Shown in pieces: positions 13,796-25,871 of a DNA stretch of 64,000 nucleotides. Below the pieces are notes generated by a model. The model was not told the DNA's origin, made no database searches, and was given only the letters and a program-made list of their open reading frames with translations. Made by a program: the position numbers and the translations under genes. The stretch covers positions 111,600,001 to 111,664,000 of the forward strand of contig JAGIQG010000006.1 of NCBI GenBank assembly GCA_024679065.1, read 5' to 3'. The DNA comes from Sphyrna mokarran (lineage: Eukaryota). The first letter of the stretch is position 1; each line of letters opens with the position of its first letter.

Positions 13796-13909
13796 ACATT
13801 CATATCAAAGGCAATGGTGATCATTTTTTCATTGGTGACCAAAACAAATCAAATCAAATACATTCATATCAAAGGCAATGGTGATCATTTTTTCATTGGT
13901 GACCAAAAC
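13782..13909 (+). repeat. Exact 64-bp tandem duplication
   Basis: 13782-13845 is identical to 13846-13909. Confidence 0.95.
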
Positions 13910-13979
13910 ATCTGCCTGCGCATCAATAATTTGAGGCTTCACTGGTGGGAAGTTAAAAACCCAGAATGTCTTTCTTAAT

Positions 13980-14098
13980 GGGCGGGATTTTACAGCCTTG
14001 TTCATCCTGAAACTGTTAAATACTGCTCGCGGTCAATGGATATTACTATGGAACACCACTTGTCAATTCCCATGGCGGGTGGGGCAGTAAAATTCCAT
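13980..14098. mobile_element. Short TIR element (MITE)
   Basis: gggcgggattttacagcc...ggcagtaaaattcc inverted termini. Confidence 0.6.
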
Positions 14099-14564
14099 AG
14101 TTCAGTTGGTGTACTTAGACCAGATGGACTGCAGCAGTTCAAGAAGGTACTCATCACCACTTTTTCAAAAATAATCAAAAACGGGGAAACAAATGCTGGA
14201 CTTGCTCACATCCTAAAAGGGAATTAAACTTAAAAAAAATCTCCCAACATCTCTTCCATCATTCCTTGGATACAACAAACTAGCACAAAATACAACTTCC
14301 TGATATCTTCTCTATTCAAGCATTTATTGATAATCATCTAAGGAGTTTAAGAGTGGATGCCCTTCGCATTTTATCCCAAAATTTACCAAACAGGGACAGT
14401 GCTCACTTGACGCAGATCTGTTTTTATTATTTATTCTGGGGATATGACCATCACTAACTTGCAAAGACAACATTAAATTCCTAACTGACCTGGAAAAGAT
14501 ACCAATGTGCATTATTCTTGAACCACAATAGTCCAAGTGGCGATTGTACTGCTTCATGTTTAAC

Positions 14565-14905
14565 ATTTATTTATTCATCAGGGTCACAAGTAGGCTTACA
14601 CTAACACAGCAATGAAGTTACTGTAGGCTTACACTAACACAGCAATGAAGTTACTGTGAAAATCTCCTAGTCACCACATTCCAGCGTCTGCTCAGGTACA
14701 CTGTGGGAAAATTTTAGCATGGACAATGCACCTAACCAGCACATCTTTCAGGCTGTGGGAAAAAAACTGAAGCACCTGGAAGAAAGCCATGCAGACATGG
14801 GGAGGATGTGCAGGCTCCACACAGACTGTGACCCAAGCCAGGAATCAAACCTGGTCCCTGGCATTGTGCAACAGCTGTGCTAACAAATGTGCCACCATGT
14901 CGGCC
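14565..14905 (-). mobile_element. V-SINE with alternative (Rex1-like) tail; contains a 33-bp tandem duplication at 14590-14655
   Basis: V-domain as in HE1; tail ttttcacagtaacttcattgc...gcctacttgtgac...aataaa shared with 23848-24147. Confidence 0.8.
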
Positions 14906-15219
14906 ATACTTCAATGTTTTGGTGTATTTATTTCCAGGACTTCTTCCTGCCAACCATAAAAGAAGGGCAGTATACATTAAACTTGAGGCATGATGCAATT
15001 GGGAAAGAAATTGTAATGATGTTCACATGCACCTACTTCCTTTGACCTTCTCGGAGTGGAGGTTTGGCAAATTGCTGCAATATGTTTTCCAGATAGTATA
15101 CACACACTGAGTTAGTGATGACTGAGTCAATTCCCAAGACAGTAGATGGGCTGACAACTTTTTCCCAGATGGTGCTGAGCTTCTTGAGTGTTGCTAGAGC
15201 TGCATCATCCCAGCAAATA

Positions 15220-15420
15220 TTAGACAATTTAAAAAAAAAGACAAATTTATTACATAATGAAGCGCAATGAATGCTGCAGGGAAAATCCACATACTGCAAA
15301 GCAATAACGGTGAGATGATCTGTTCCAGTGACATTGGTTGAGGAGCAAGTGTTAGCCTGGATTCTTCTTTGAAGTAGTGCTCTGGGGTATTTTATATTTA
15401 CCTGAGAGGAAAGACAAGAT
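15220..15420 (-). mobile_element. SacSINE1-like DeuSINE fragment
   Basis: Reverse complement ctctcaggtaaatataaaataccccagagcactacttcaaagaagaa is the Deu-domain core. Confidence 0.6.
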
Positions 15421-18400
15421 TGGGATTTTCTCTTCCTGTTCTCTTCGAATGGGTTTGGTGACAGGTTCACTCATATCCTTCAGGGAGGGAAATCTGCCAT
15501 CCTTACATGGTCTGGCCTACATGTGACTCCAAAGCCACAGCAATGTGGTTGAGTCTCACTGCCCTCCAATGGTGTTTTACATGATGATTGTTTCTGTTCC
15601 CCTCCAGTGACGTTACAGAAATCACAACAATCAAAGTTGAGAATGCTATTATAATAAATTTGAATTTCAGTATCGTAGTTTTACAGCTAGTAATCCACTT
15701 CCCCACCTCCCACCCCCACTCCTCACCCCCCATCCCCACCATCCAGACCTTAGATAATCAATTCATGTTGGTGTGAAAGCATGGTGGTATGCGTTACAAC
15801 TGGTCTCCCATAGCATGCTTCTGGCTGGATATCTCCAAGAGGAACTCAGGTGAGTACATTGCTCAACAGAGAGAGAGCCATGCCCAGGCAGTACCCAGTT
15901 TGTGCCTGAAAACTGCCTCATGACACTGCCCGTCCCACCGCCATCAGATTGTGGGACATGTCCCTTGATGTTTTTTGCACTATATTCCTAACAATATAGG
16001 GGAGAAAGCAGCCTTTGGAGCTGACAACTTCTGTGCCACCTTTCCAACGCACTGTCACACTTTGCAATTTAACAAGTTAAATTCCACTCAAAGTTTCAAA
16101 TTAAAGTTTGACCTCATTCAGTGCTGCACTGGAGTGTCAGCCTAGATTTTGTGCTGAGGTTTCTGGAGAGGGACATGAACCCCCAAGCTTCTGATTCATC
16201 TCTCAGCCTCTGATGCAACTGAGATTAATTTAGTCTCATTAAGACAAATAAAAATACTTAAATACTTCCATGAAATATGCGCTCCAAACCTTCAATCAAT
16301 TAAAGCTTTGCTAGATTATCACTGAGTGTTACTGCTGTTATAACTTAATAAACATCTGATTTGCTTGAGTCAAAAAGTTGGACTGTTAAAGAAGGATACA
16401 TCTATTTTCAATGATTCAGAATTGCTGTTGCCTTGTTTATCTGAAATACAACAATATCATGTATGATAACATATACAGTGAGGTGCATGCTTAAATTCTC
16501 TAGGGCAAGATAAAGAGACAGATGTAGGTTGGATTGAATGGGATTAGCACATTGTAATAACAGATATCCTTATTATCTGCTGTTAAATTCTGCAAGAAGT
16601 GTGACTGTGTAACACATTAAGCTCTGCGTTATCTATAATCTGCATTATTCATATTGCAGGATGAATTTAGTAAATCCAAAACAAAATATGAAAACCATGG
16701 CCCTGAAATTTAAGTGTGGAACATTAACAAAAAAAAGTAATGCATTTGTGTGAAATTCCGTGCAGAAGCATTAAAGTGTTTAAAATAAATGTTTATCGTC
16801 TTTTCGATACCATAGAGAGGGATTTTGATATTTTTCAGATTGCTCACATGCAATTATTTTAAGAACACAACTTCATGATTAGTTTCTGGTTACTGGACAT
16901 TCACTAATTGCCTGGACATGGTTTATACAAATCAGCGATGATTTCATTTCCCTGTAGCACTATTCCAAATACTCAATCTGTCAAGACACAAAACTAACAA
17001 TAACCAGCACCACGGAGAGAGCAATTACTGATATTTCAGAGCTGCATCAACGGAGCTCCCAGATCTTTACGTGAGTCTTGAGGCCACTGGAGTTGTCAGC
17101 ACGGTTTCTGGTGACATCTAAAGTCAGAATCACCACTGCAGCCCCGTGCCTTAAAAGAAGGTGAACTTCAAGAGGTCACTAAAACCAAAGATAAAACCTA
17201 AACTGTGTCAACAGGGCAAAGAGTGTGAGCAATGTAAAGTATGGTAAGGGAATTGGGAATCTCAGAATCATTCAAAAAAAAAACTAGGCACTATGATGTA
17301 GGAACTGCTGGGTCTCTCTGAATGAAAAGATGAACTCGGCTGAATAATCTTCACCATTTGTGTCCCTCTTGTGAATTTGTAAGTTTTTTGGGGAAAAAGT
17401 GACTTGAATAGTGAACAGAAAAAGACTGCGTATAATTTTATACAATGCAGTTATACATTAGCAAACAGTGAGAGTACTCAATTATTGAAAATATACATTT
17501 GCACACCTTTCCACTGAATTCCCATCTTTTTCAGTGGGAAAGGAAAATAAAGTACAGAATGTCAGTGCTATTTCTTCATTATATAAAGCCGTTCAGATAA
17601 TGTGCTCAATAGCATATTTTGGACAAAATCTTGCCCTATTGGAAGGATAAACAAGCTGCAATAGTCTCAAAAGTCTACCTATGGTCAAGATCCAGACATC
17701 ACCAAGATGTCTTTGAAGATGAAGGGAGATCACCACTGCACCCCACCCCCACTCAAACCTTTACGTAAATATGTATGAAGCTGTTAAGGCTGTTAAGAAG
17801 ACTAAATATGAGGTGTCCTTGTTCTAGATCCAGGATTTTTCAACCATGTGAACTGTTGCCCAATCTTTCAGAAAGTCACTCAGGTGACTGAGGTGGCAAG
17901 AGCTTCTCTGGTGAAACTGACAGGTTGGGAAGGCTTTGGTCAGAAGAGCTCCTGACATGTCAATTGAGAGACTTCTGTCCAGAGCACTTTTTCTCTCCTG
18001 CTTGATAGATGAACAGCAACTTCTTGGCATATAATTCACTTGCCTAAGTACTTTGCTTTTAGCGTGGCATGGGAGCAGCTTGCACAACTCTATCTTTCAT
18101 CCCCACCATGTATCAAGGGCACTGTCCATACCATCAGCAAGAGTACCAGCAGCAGCAGGAGCAAACCAGCAGCAACAATAGTTGTCTTCTCCTCAAAACC
18201 TTGTCCCAATACAGGATCTATAAGTTGAACACCAAGATATAGGAGGCAAGATCCATAATATAGGATCTACGGGCATTGGATAATATCACTTGACAATGTT
18301 GCATTCTTGAGCTTCAGGAGGTTCAGAGATGTGCAACTGAAGATAAGTGAGTTGCTTTGGTAAACGAACTGCATGCCAAGAAGTTGGCATTTACCTAATA

Positions 18401-18589
18401 AACAGTGAAAGCGTTCCCCAAGAGAAAAAAGCATTCTGAACAGAAGTCTCTCATTAACCATGTCCGGGGCTTTTCAGTGTACATGATCAAAGCCTTCCCA
18501 GCCTGTCAGTTTCAGCAGAGAGCCTTGGTGACAATTTGTTGCTAACATTTGTAGCATCCTTGAACAAGACTGTCTTCCAAGTGGTACCA

Positions 18590-19030
18590 CGATGTGAAGA
18601 TGCTGGCAATGGACTGGAGTGGGCACAGTAAGAAGTCTCATTGCACTAGGTTAAAATCCAACAGGTTTATTTGGAATAACAAACTTTTGGAGTGCTGCTT
18701 CTTCATCAGGTGAGTGTGGAGGTAGATTTCACAAACATGGTAGACGTAGACAAAGAAGCAATTGCAACATAATGGTTGGAATGCAATTCTTATCATCTAA
18801 TCAAACCTTTACAGGTTCAGACAGTGTGAGTGGAGAGGGGTATAATCACAGGTTAAAGAGGTATGAATTGTCTCAACAACTATCACGCAATTGTGTCTTT
18901 GTCTATGTATGCCACGTTTGTGAAACCTATCTCTTCACTCACCTAATTAAGCATCAGCACTTCGAAAGCTCATGATTCCAAATAAACCTATTGGACTTTA
19001 ACCTGGTGATGTGAGACTTCTTACTGTGTC
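18590..19030. mobile_element. Penelope-like head-to-head pLTR pair with hammerhead remnants and ~15-bp TSD
   Basis: 18621-18780 is inverted-complementary to 18873-19030. The left arm (18590-18874, minus) aligns to the Penelope 3' end at 22696-22990. TSD cttccaagtgg(t)acca at 18574-18589 and 19031-19045. Confidence 0.9.
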
Positions 19031-20734
19031 CTTCCAAGTGGACCAAGTGAGGACTCATTGCCAATGATCAATCAGGTGCCTGTCTGTGTGTGATAAGGAG
19101 GAGTTGCTGGACGGAGCTGTGACTATTATCACTGGGTCTGAAAACTCTGAATGTTCTTTTCTCCAATGAAGAATTCAGAGTTGACTTCTTAACTTAACCT
19201 GTAAAAATTACTTTTGCTGTTAGAATTTAGTAACAATTTATCTCAGTTACTGATGTGTAGTCATTGTGTGGCAATGCAAATTTTCTTTTGCAGCATCAAT
19301 GGGGAATTTCTCAAACCTTCAAATCATGCATGAAACCTCGATAACCTAGATTTTCCACTGGACATCCATCTGATTTTCAGCAAATTTGGGGCAGATCTGA
19401 GAATTCGCTGAAGAACTGATTTGCCAGCATTGCGCTGACTGTCATCATTTCCAAGATTGTTCAGCAGAACTGACAGTGGACAGTGAACACCTCTTTACAA
19501 AGATATATCGGCATACTTAATTGATGTAATTAAAAATGTCACATATACCTTTCATTATTAATGTCACTACATGCTGAAGGATAAGAACACTAATTTCTGC
19601 ATATGACATTGCTTTGGCTGATGAAGAGAGAGTTAAAATTTAAATCAGGTTCTATCATTTCATCACAGTACAATTTGCTAATATAAACCCTACGCTTCAC
19701 ACTCTACAGATACTGGCTGAACTTCTTAATGCTTCCTGTGTTCTATAAATATTTGGACAACTCTGGATAATGAAAAGTATCTATAATATACCTCAATACC
19801 TAAATGACAGTTCACCTAAATTTGAGTTCCCTAATGCAAAACTCTGCCTGGAGTGCTAATACATAATAACTATTCTTTTACATAAAAACAATAAATAAAC
19901 TAAATACTATTGAGTGCTGACTGTAATAACAATGAGTTTTTGTATTGGTTGTAGGCTGGTGTCCAATTATATTATCACACCTGTGCTGTGATGGCCTATC
20001 ATGTGTTTCATACTGTGGAACATGTCTACACCCGCTTTCCACAGATGGAATAAACATGAATGATGCCCGCAAGCTGTGTGTGTAGACTTTGAGATTCTGA
20101 TAGCACCTGTCCTTCTGATGCTAAAGACCAAGCAGATGTGCCAGGAATGTTCTGTTTCACTGGAGCAGTCCTGCTTTCAGGAGCACCTTGTGTCACTTCT
20201 GCCGAGCTTGAAGCTGGCACCGCCCCTGCATCATAATAAGACACAGATGTGTCTTTTCGTATTGCTGCACACAAGACACCGCTTGATGCCGCATTCTCAG
20301 CTTGCCCAGTAATTTAGCACTCCAGGCACTCACTCCGGTGATTTTTTTGCAAGCATAGCACATTTCATTTTGAATCCCAGGCTAGTAGTTGCTTTCAACT
20401 GGTCTCCAAACTCAGTAAAGCTGGCCACTGAAGAGCTTTGTATTCGGTACCTCAGAAAAGACAGAAAGGTCAAACGAGAATAATAGCGCATCTACCATTA
20501 CTGGTTGGGACTGTCAATTCCATGATATTACCAAAGAGTTATTAACACAGATAACTGACCTGCAAGTGCTACTAATATTATTTATAACAGCACAGGTCTG
20601 AGCAGTGAACATCACACATTCCTCAGGTTATCGTGCAATGTTTGGAATTTAAAAATATGCAACAGCTTAGTTTGTTCTGCACACAACATTTTCATTTGAA
20701 TTCCTGATTTTTTAAAATTTAGTTTTAGTTTTTG

Positions 20735-20850
20735 AATTGATTTGATTTTTATTGTCACATATATTGGAATACAGTGAAAAGCATTGTTTCTCGCCTGCTA
20801 TACAGACAAACCATACCATTCATAGATTACATAGGGAAGAAAGAAAGGAT
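20735..20850 (-). mobile_element. Rex1/Babar 3' tail fragment
   Basis: ttgatttgatttttattgtcacatatattggaatacagtgaaaa is the reverse complement of the Rex1 tail. Confidence 0.75.
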
Positions 20851-21456
20851 AACATAATCAAGTGGAGTGCCCATGGCATGTTTGATCTGTAGTGCTTCCC
20901 ATTCGTACACAATATATCACGCAAGAACTCTATCTCAATTCATTAACATTTGTAACGTATAAAGTGGTCACTGCATTATATGATAGCTGACTTACCAATG
21001 GAAAGGTTACTGCATTCCCGGATTCAGTTTCCTCTGTGTGATGAGAAAAAAATTACAAAGTAACGACATATGCAAAGTTATGCAGAGATATGTAGCTGAT
21101 ACATTGTTCATGCAACTGTAGTGATCCTTGCAATCAATGTAAGTTCACAAAGTGGCCCAAAACCAAAGTTTTACACTGCCCAGTTAGTTTCTGCTCGCCT
21201 GTATTCCTTTCAGGACCTCAGAATTGGGATATCCACAAATCATGTCCTACTATGGGAACTTAAATGCAATCCACTGATTCTGTTTCCTATAATTTCTAGC
21301 TGTCACTGCGGAGGTAGGTAGAGATATGAATTCACCATGCCATTAACTACTATGGTTTCATGTTTGTCTTCATGCAAGTATGTCTGCTCCTATGCATTAA
21401 TCCAAATATTTTCTTCCTTATTTCAACTTGGATGCTGTCTCTTATTTTCTCATGAG

Positions 21457-21643
21457 CAATAAATATGGAAAGTGCTGGAAAATCTCAAAACATCTAGCAA
21501 CATCTGTAGAGAGAGAAACATAATTAACATTTTAAGTTCAATATATCTCTTCTTCATCCCAGAAACTCAGAAACTCAAAAAAAAAGTTCAGTTTTTTCTG
21601 CTTTTACTTCTGATCTGCAGCAGTTTGCTTTAATTTTGTTCTC
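21457..21643. mobile_element. Degraded head-to-head Penelope pLTR pair
   Basis: Left arm matches 528-610; right end matches the pLTR tail; ctcatgag on both flanks (21449-21456, 21644-21651). Confidence 0.55.
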
Positions 21644-21849
21644 CTCATGAGTAGTTTTGAAGGTCATACATGAAAATCGGCACATTTACAAACCCCCATT
21701 TAATTTGCATATACAGTTAGCCACAGTCATATAGGTTTAGATGATGGAAGAAACAGTGCTTCCTGGACATTTATAATGGCTTTTATACTGATGACAATGT
21801 TCACCTAAAGCTGAGAGCTTGTTCCGCATTGGCAAACTACTCTCCACCC

Positions 21850-22088
21850 ACTGTGTGGAGTTTGTACGTTTTCCCTGTCTGCTCCAATTTCCTCCCATAG
21901 TCCCAAGATGTGATGTGTTAGGTGGACTGACCATAAATTGCCCCTTCAAGTCCCAAGACGTATAGGGTAGTGGAGTAAATGCATGGGGTTAAGGGGATAG
22001 GGCCTGCGTAAGATGCATTTTCACAATGGATTCAATGGGCCCAAAGTGCTCCTTCTGCACTGTATGAATTTTATGATTCTATGATTCT
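21850..22088 (+). mobile_element. HE1-type V-SINE, 5'-truncated
   Basis: actgtgtggagtttgtacgttttccc...ttctgcactgtatgaattttatgattctatgattc. Confidence 0.8.
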
Positions 22089-22487
22089 TTGATTCACTAA
22101 CTGCTGAAGGAACAAGTTTCAATATAGTGGAACCCGGAGTTTCTTTCATATTTTATACCAAAGAGACGCATAACCTGTAGAGAAAGCAATTATGTGACTT
22201 CAAAGATCTCAGAATTTTGGATGTAAGTTACACACAATTACCAAATACCCATGTCCTGTTGATATTTCAAATCAATCTATCAAGCACAAAGCCTGAACAA
22301 ATTTCAACCTATGAAACTCAAATATGATTATCTTTGAGATATACCTGTTCAGTGTGTTTTCAACCTTGTGGCTAGATTGTCAAGGGCAGCAAGAAAGAAT
22401 TTCTTTTTTTTGCATTTTTTTTGAGCATTTACTTTATATACCTCAGTTCAACCTGTTGCCCCACCCCCTCTGGTCCCACCCACTGGT

Positions 22488-22991
22488 CACGGGCATTCAG
22501 TCTCCAATCTTCGGATAAGCGTTCTCCAAGGCGACCTTCGTGACACACAACAGCACAGAGTCGCTGAGCAGAGACTGATAGCCAAGTTCCACACACATGA
22601 GGACGGCCTCAACTGGGATCTTGAGTTCGTGTTGCAATATCTATACCTCCCATGACTTGCCTGAGCTTGCAACATCTCACTTACTGTCCTATCTGGAGAC
22701 AATACACATCTCTTTAACCCATGCTAATGCTATCACCATTCACATTGTCTACATCTTCAAGGCTTAAATAGCAGGTTAGCTGTAAAGACTTCATTCTAAT
22801 CAGTATTCTGTAAATTGTGAGTGACTTTATACGCCCTTCTCTGACCAGAACCTTCCACACATCTGACAAAGGAATAGCATTTCCAAAAGTTTGTGGGATT
22901 ACTATCAAGTAAACTGGTTGGACTTTAACCTGGTGTTGTGAGACTTCTTACTGTATTTACCCCAGTCCAACGCCGGCATCTCTACATCATG
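22488..22991 (+). mobile_element. Penelope-like element 3' end: GIY-YIG endonuclease C-terminus plus pLTR with decayed hammerhead
   Basis: HGHSVSNLRISVLQGDLRDTQQHRVAEQRLIAKFHTHEDGLNWDLEF; core remnant ctgacaa-aggaatagcatttcc-aaaa at ~22863-22890; tail ccccagtccaacgccggcatctctacatc. Confidence 0.85.
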
Positions 22992-22994
22992 CCT

Positions 22995-23581
22995 ACTCAT
23001 TTGGCCCAATACCCAGTGGACAGTGCCCCTGGGCATTGTCATTTTGTCTCTTGGGCAGTGCCATTGAGTCAGGCTGGCATCCCCTCACTCTAATCTCCTG
23101 GGGGCATTGATGGCCTCCCTTCACTCCACTGGAATCGGGCTGCCAGCTCTCTCTAAGTATCGAGTTGTTGTAAACCTCACTGGAGTGAACCACTCCTGAG
23201 TTGATGGGGGGTCAGGGGGAGGTGAAGGAGAGGCTAACAAGATTGAAATGTTCATTTAAATACTTAAAGCAGCTCTGCACCAGAAATCAGGGGCACGCTG
23301 ATGCACGGAGGCTGTGGCCCCCAACCGTCTAAACAGCCTTCACTGAAGTCTCCTGGCCTGCAGTGCAGCAAGCTGGGAGAATCTTGAATTTGAAGTGAAT
23401 TAATGATGATTAAATGGTCGGACACCTAAATTTTCATACTTACGGATGGAGGCTGGAAATTTCCCATCCCATCCTCTGCTGGAATCGTAGCAGGCAAGGC
23501 AGAAAATTTGACATTCCCTTTAAAAATCCATTGAAGGGAATTCCCAGTCTTGGGCTGCGTATAAGTGGAAAATCCTGCCCA
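22995..23581. mobile_element. Harbinger-type non-autonomous remnants, including a short MITE at 23447-23581
   Basis: ggctggaaatttccc...ggaaaatcctgccc termini; motifs shared with 2700-3500. Confidence 0.5.
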
Positions 23582-23689
23582 AAAAATGTCCACTGGGTTT
23601 GGCATTTTTATTCAAAATTAGTTATTTATTTTGACTTCTTCTGTCCATTTTAAAATTCAATTCCTTGTTATGAAAGATTTTTCTTAACT

Positions 23690-24435
23690 GTACTCCACTG
23701 TTGTAAATCTTGTTGCTGAGTCAGAAAATTGTGGTTTCAAATCCCATTCCAGAGAGTTGAGCACAAAAACATAGGCTGTTACACAGAATCTGTACTGAAG
23801 GAATGCTGCATCACTGGAAGTCCCAGCTTATATATGATATGCTAAAGGACAGCTGGTGATATAATGGTTTAAGCACTACTTTCCCAGTGTCAGGGATCTG
23901 GGTTGAATTCCAGGCTTAGATCACTCTCTGTATAGAGTTTACACATTCTCTTTATGCTTGCATGGGTTTCCTGTGGGTGCTCTGGTTTCCTCTCACGTCC
24001 GAAAGATATGCTTGTTAGGTGCATTGGTTATGCTAAATTCTCTCTCAGTGTACCCAAACAAATGCTGGACTGTGACAACCAGGGGACTTTCATAGTAACT
24101 TTATTGCAGTGTTAGTGTAAGCCTAATTGTGACACTAATAAATAAACTTAAGCCAAGACCTTCTCTACTTTTTAAAGTGGATATAAAAGACCCCATCTTA
24201 CTCTTTCAAAGTAGAGCCGGAAGCTATCTTTGGTGCCCTAGTCAATATTTAATGTTCTGTCAACTTCACAGCCACAGATTACCTGGTTATTATCACGATG
24301 CTATTTGTGGGAGTGTACAATGTGAAAATTGGCTGACGCATTTTCTAATTACAACAATTATTGCATTTCAAAAGTACACCATTATCTGTAAAGAGCTTTG
24401 GGACCTGCTGATGTGCTGTATACAGGCAAATTGTC
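23690..24435 (+). mobile_element. SacSINE1-like DeuSINE, near full length, split by a V-SINE
   Basis: Head ctgagtcagaaaattgtggtttcaaatccc; Deu core gtggatataaaagacccc; tail aaagagctttgggac...gctgtatacaggcaa. Confidence 0.75.
23848..24147 (+). mobile_element. V-SINE with alternative (Rex1-like) tail, nested in the DeuSINE
   Basis: V-domain plus ttttcatagtaactttattgcagtgttagtgtaagcctaattgtgacactaataaataaa. Confidence 0.8.
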
Positions 24436-25424
24436 CATGCCTCCTTGTTATTGGCAAAATGGACACGACACGGAGTGCATGTTTGAGTCCAATGTCTGGG
24501 TTGGGGTCAAGATGTTAACTCCAGGCCCACGTATCAGAAACCCTTCTCCTTTATATTAATTGTAATGAATTGTATATATTTTTCCCTCACTTCAGTGAAG
24601 CACTCTGCATCATTTGCACTAACAGTGACAGCCTGTCTTGCTTGGCAGCTGTACAGTGGAATTGTCAGCTGGTCGACTGGCTCAAAAATGTCAGTTCTGA
24701 GTTGGATCATCATGGCGATAGTTCTCTGGAGCGTTTTATCTGTGAAATGCACTGCGTGTTGCCACCTAGCAGCTGCTATTGCTGATCATCACTCCTACTC
24801 AACCATTGTCAGCCCTCTGAATATCAATAGCATACGTGATGTTAGCTGCAACAGGTAGTTTTGTGGTGTTATTACAGCCTGTTCTCACTTGGCTGTTGAA
24901 ACTAATGAGGCCACGATTGCATCAAATGTTCTACAAACAAGTGAGAAACAGAGCTGAGGACTGTACGGAGCAACGTTATGAAGGAATAGACATTTTGGAT
25001 CAAATTTAACACCCTACTGTAGAGGAAGGGTAAAAGAAAAAGTGTGGTCAGTGGGCACACATCACTGTCTATCATTGTTGGTTGAAATTTTACCAAGTGG
25101 CGGGGGGGTATATTGGGCCACCTACACTCCCTTAGGCCTTCTCCTGCCACTACTGGTGTTTTGGTAACAGCAGGTGGGAGGGTCCTCACTACATGGTGAG
25201 GCCGTCAGGTGAATCTGCCAGGTGATCCTTGGGAGCGTCATTGCAGGATTGGAGATGGATGTGTTGGGGTGGGGCTCCTCAGCAGGAGATCCCTCCTGTT
25301 CAGGCACCTCTGTGTCCCATTATTGTACTACCTCCAGCACAACCCTCATTAACTTCATCTCCCCCCCCTTAACATTCCCTGGCTGTGCAAAACCAACAAT
25401 AATTACCTTACTTTCTCGCTCCAG

Positions 25425-25625
25425 TGGTAAGTGCTTGAGCCTCTCAAGAGTAAAGGAGACTCAAGTTCTTTGTAAAATACTTTTATTTCTTTGATCTAAC
25501 TCAAAACACAATTCTTCACCAACAACCGGTGCCACCTGTGGCCCCTTTATACATCAGTGACTTCTATTGAATAATTGACATCAAATTAGTACTTAATTGG
25601 AAAGTCTGTTAATCTATTCCTAACA
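25425..25625 (-). mobile_element. Possible solo LTR
   Basis: ttttatt and tttatac (polyA and TATA signals on minus strand), ends ...cctaaca; same layout as other ~200-bp LTRs here. Confidence 0.35.
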
Positions 25626-25871
25626 GTAAGCAGCACTGGGGACAAGCTGCAGGCCCAAAAGTCATCTCCATTCGTGCTGGTGATGCAGGGGCTGGAGAAC
25701 AAGTGGCCAGTCAAATGGCATCTGCTCTCGGAGATGGGACTTCTTTGCTGGGGGCTGGATGTCCCAGCCTGTTCCCATTAATGGCTCAACGGCTCTAAGA
25801 CCACCTCAGGACTCCCTAATTCAGTGAAGATGGGCTCGCAGTTGACTTTTAAACCAATGGCCAGGATCACT

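Noticed and set aside
13782-14655. CRISPR-like repeats
   Set aside because: Two-copy tandem duplications without spacers, in vertebrate DNA.
15810-17080. Micro-exon candidates ending in gtgagt (~15814-15849, ~17040-17070)
   Set aside because: Weak acceptors and no recognisable peptide; such matches are expected by chance in 64 kb.
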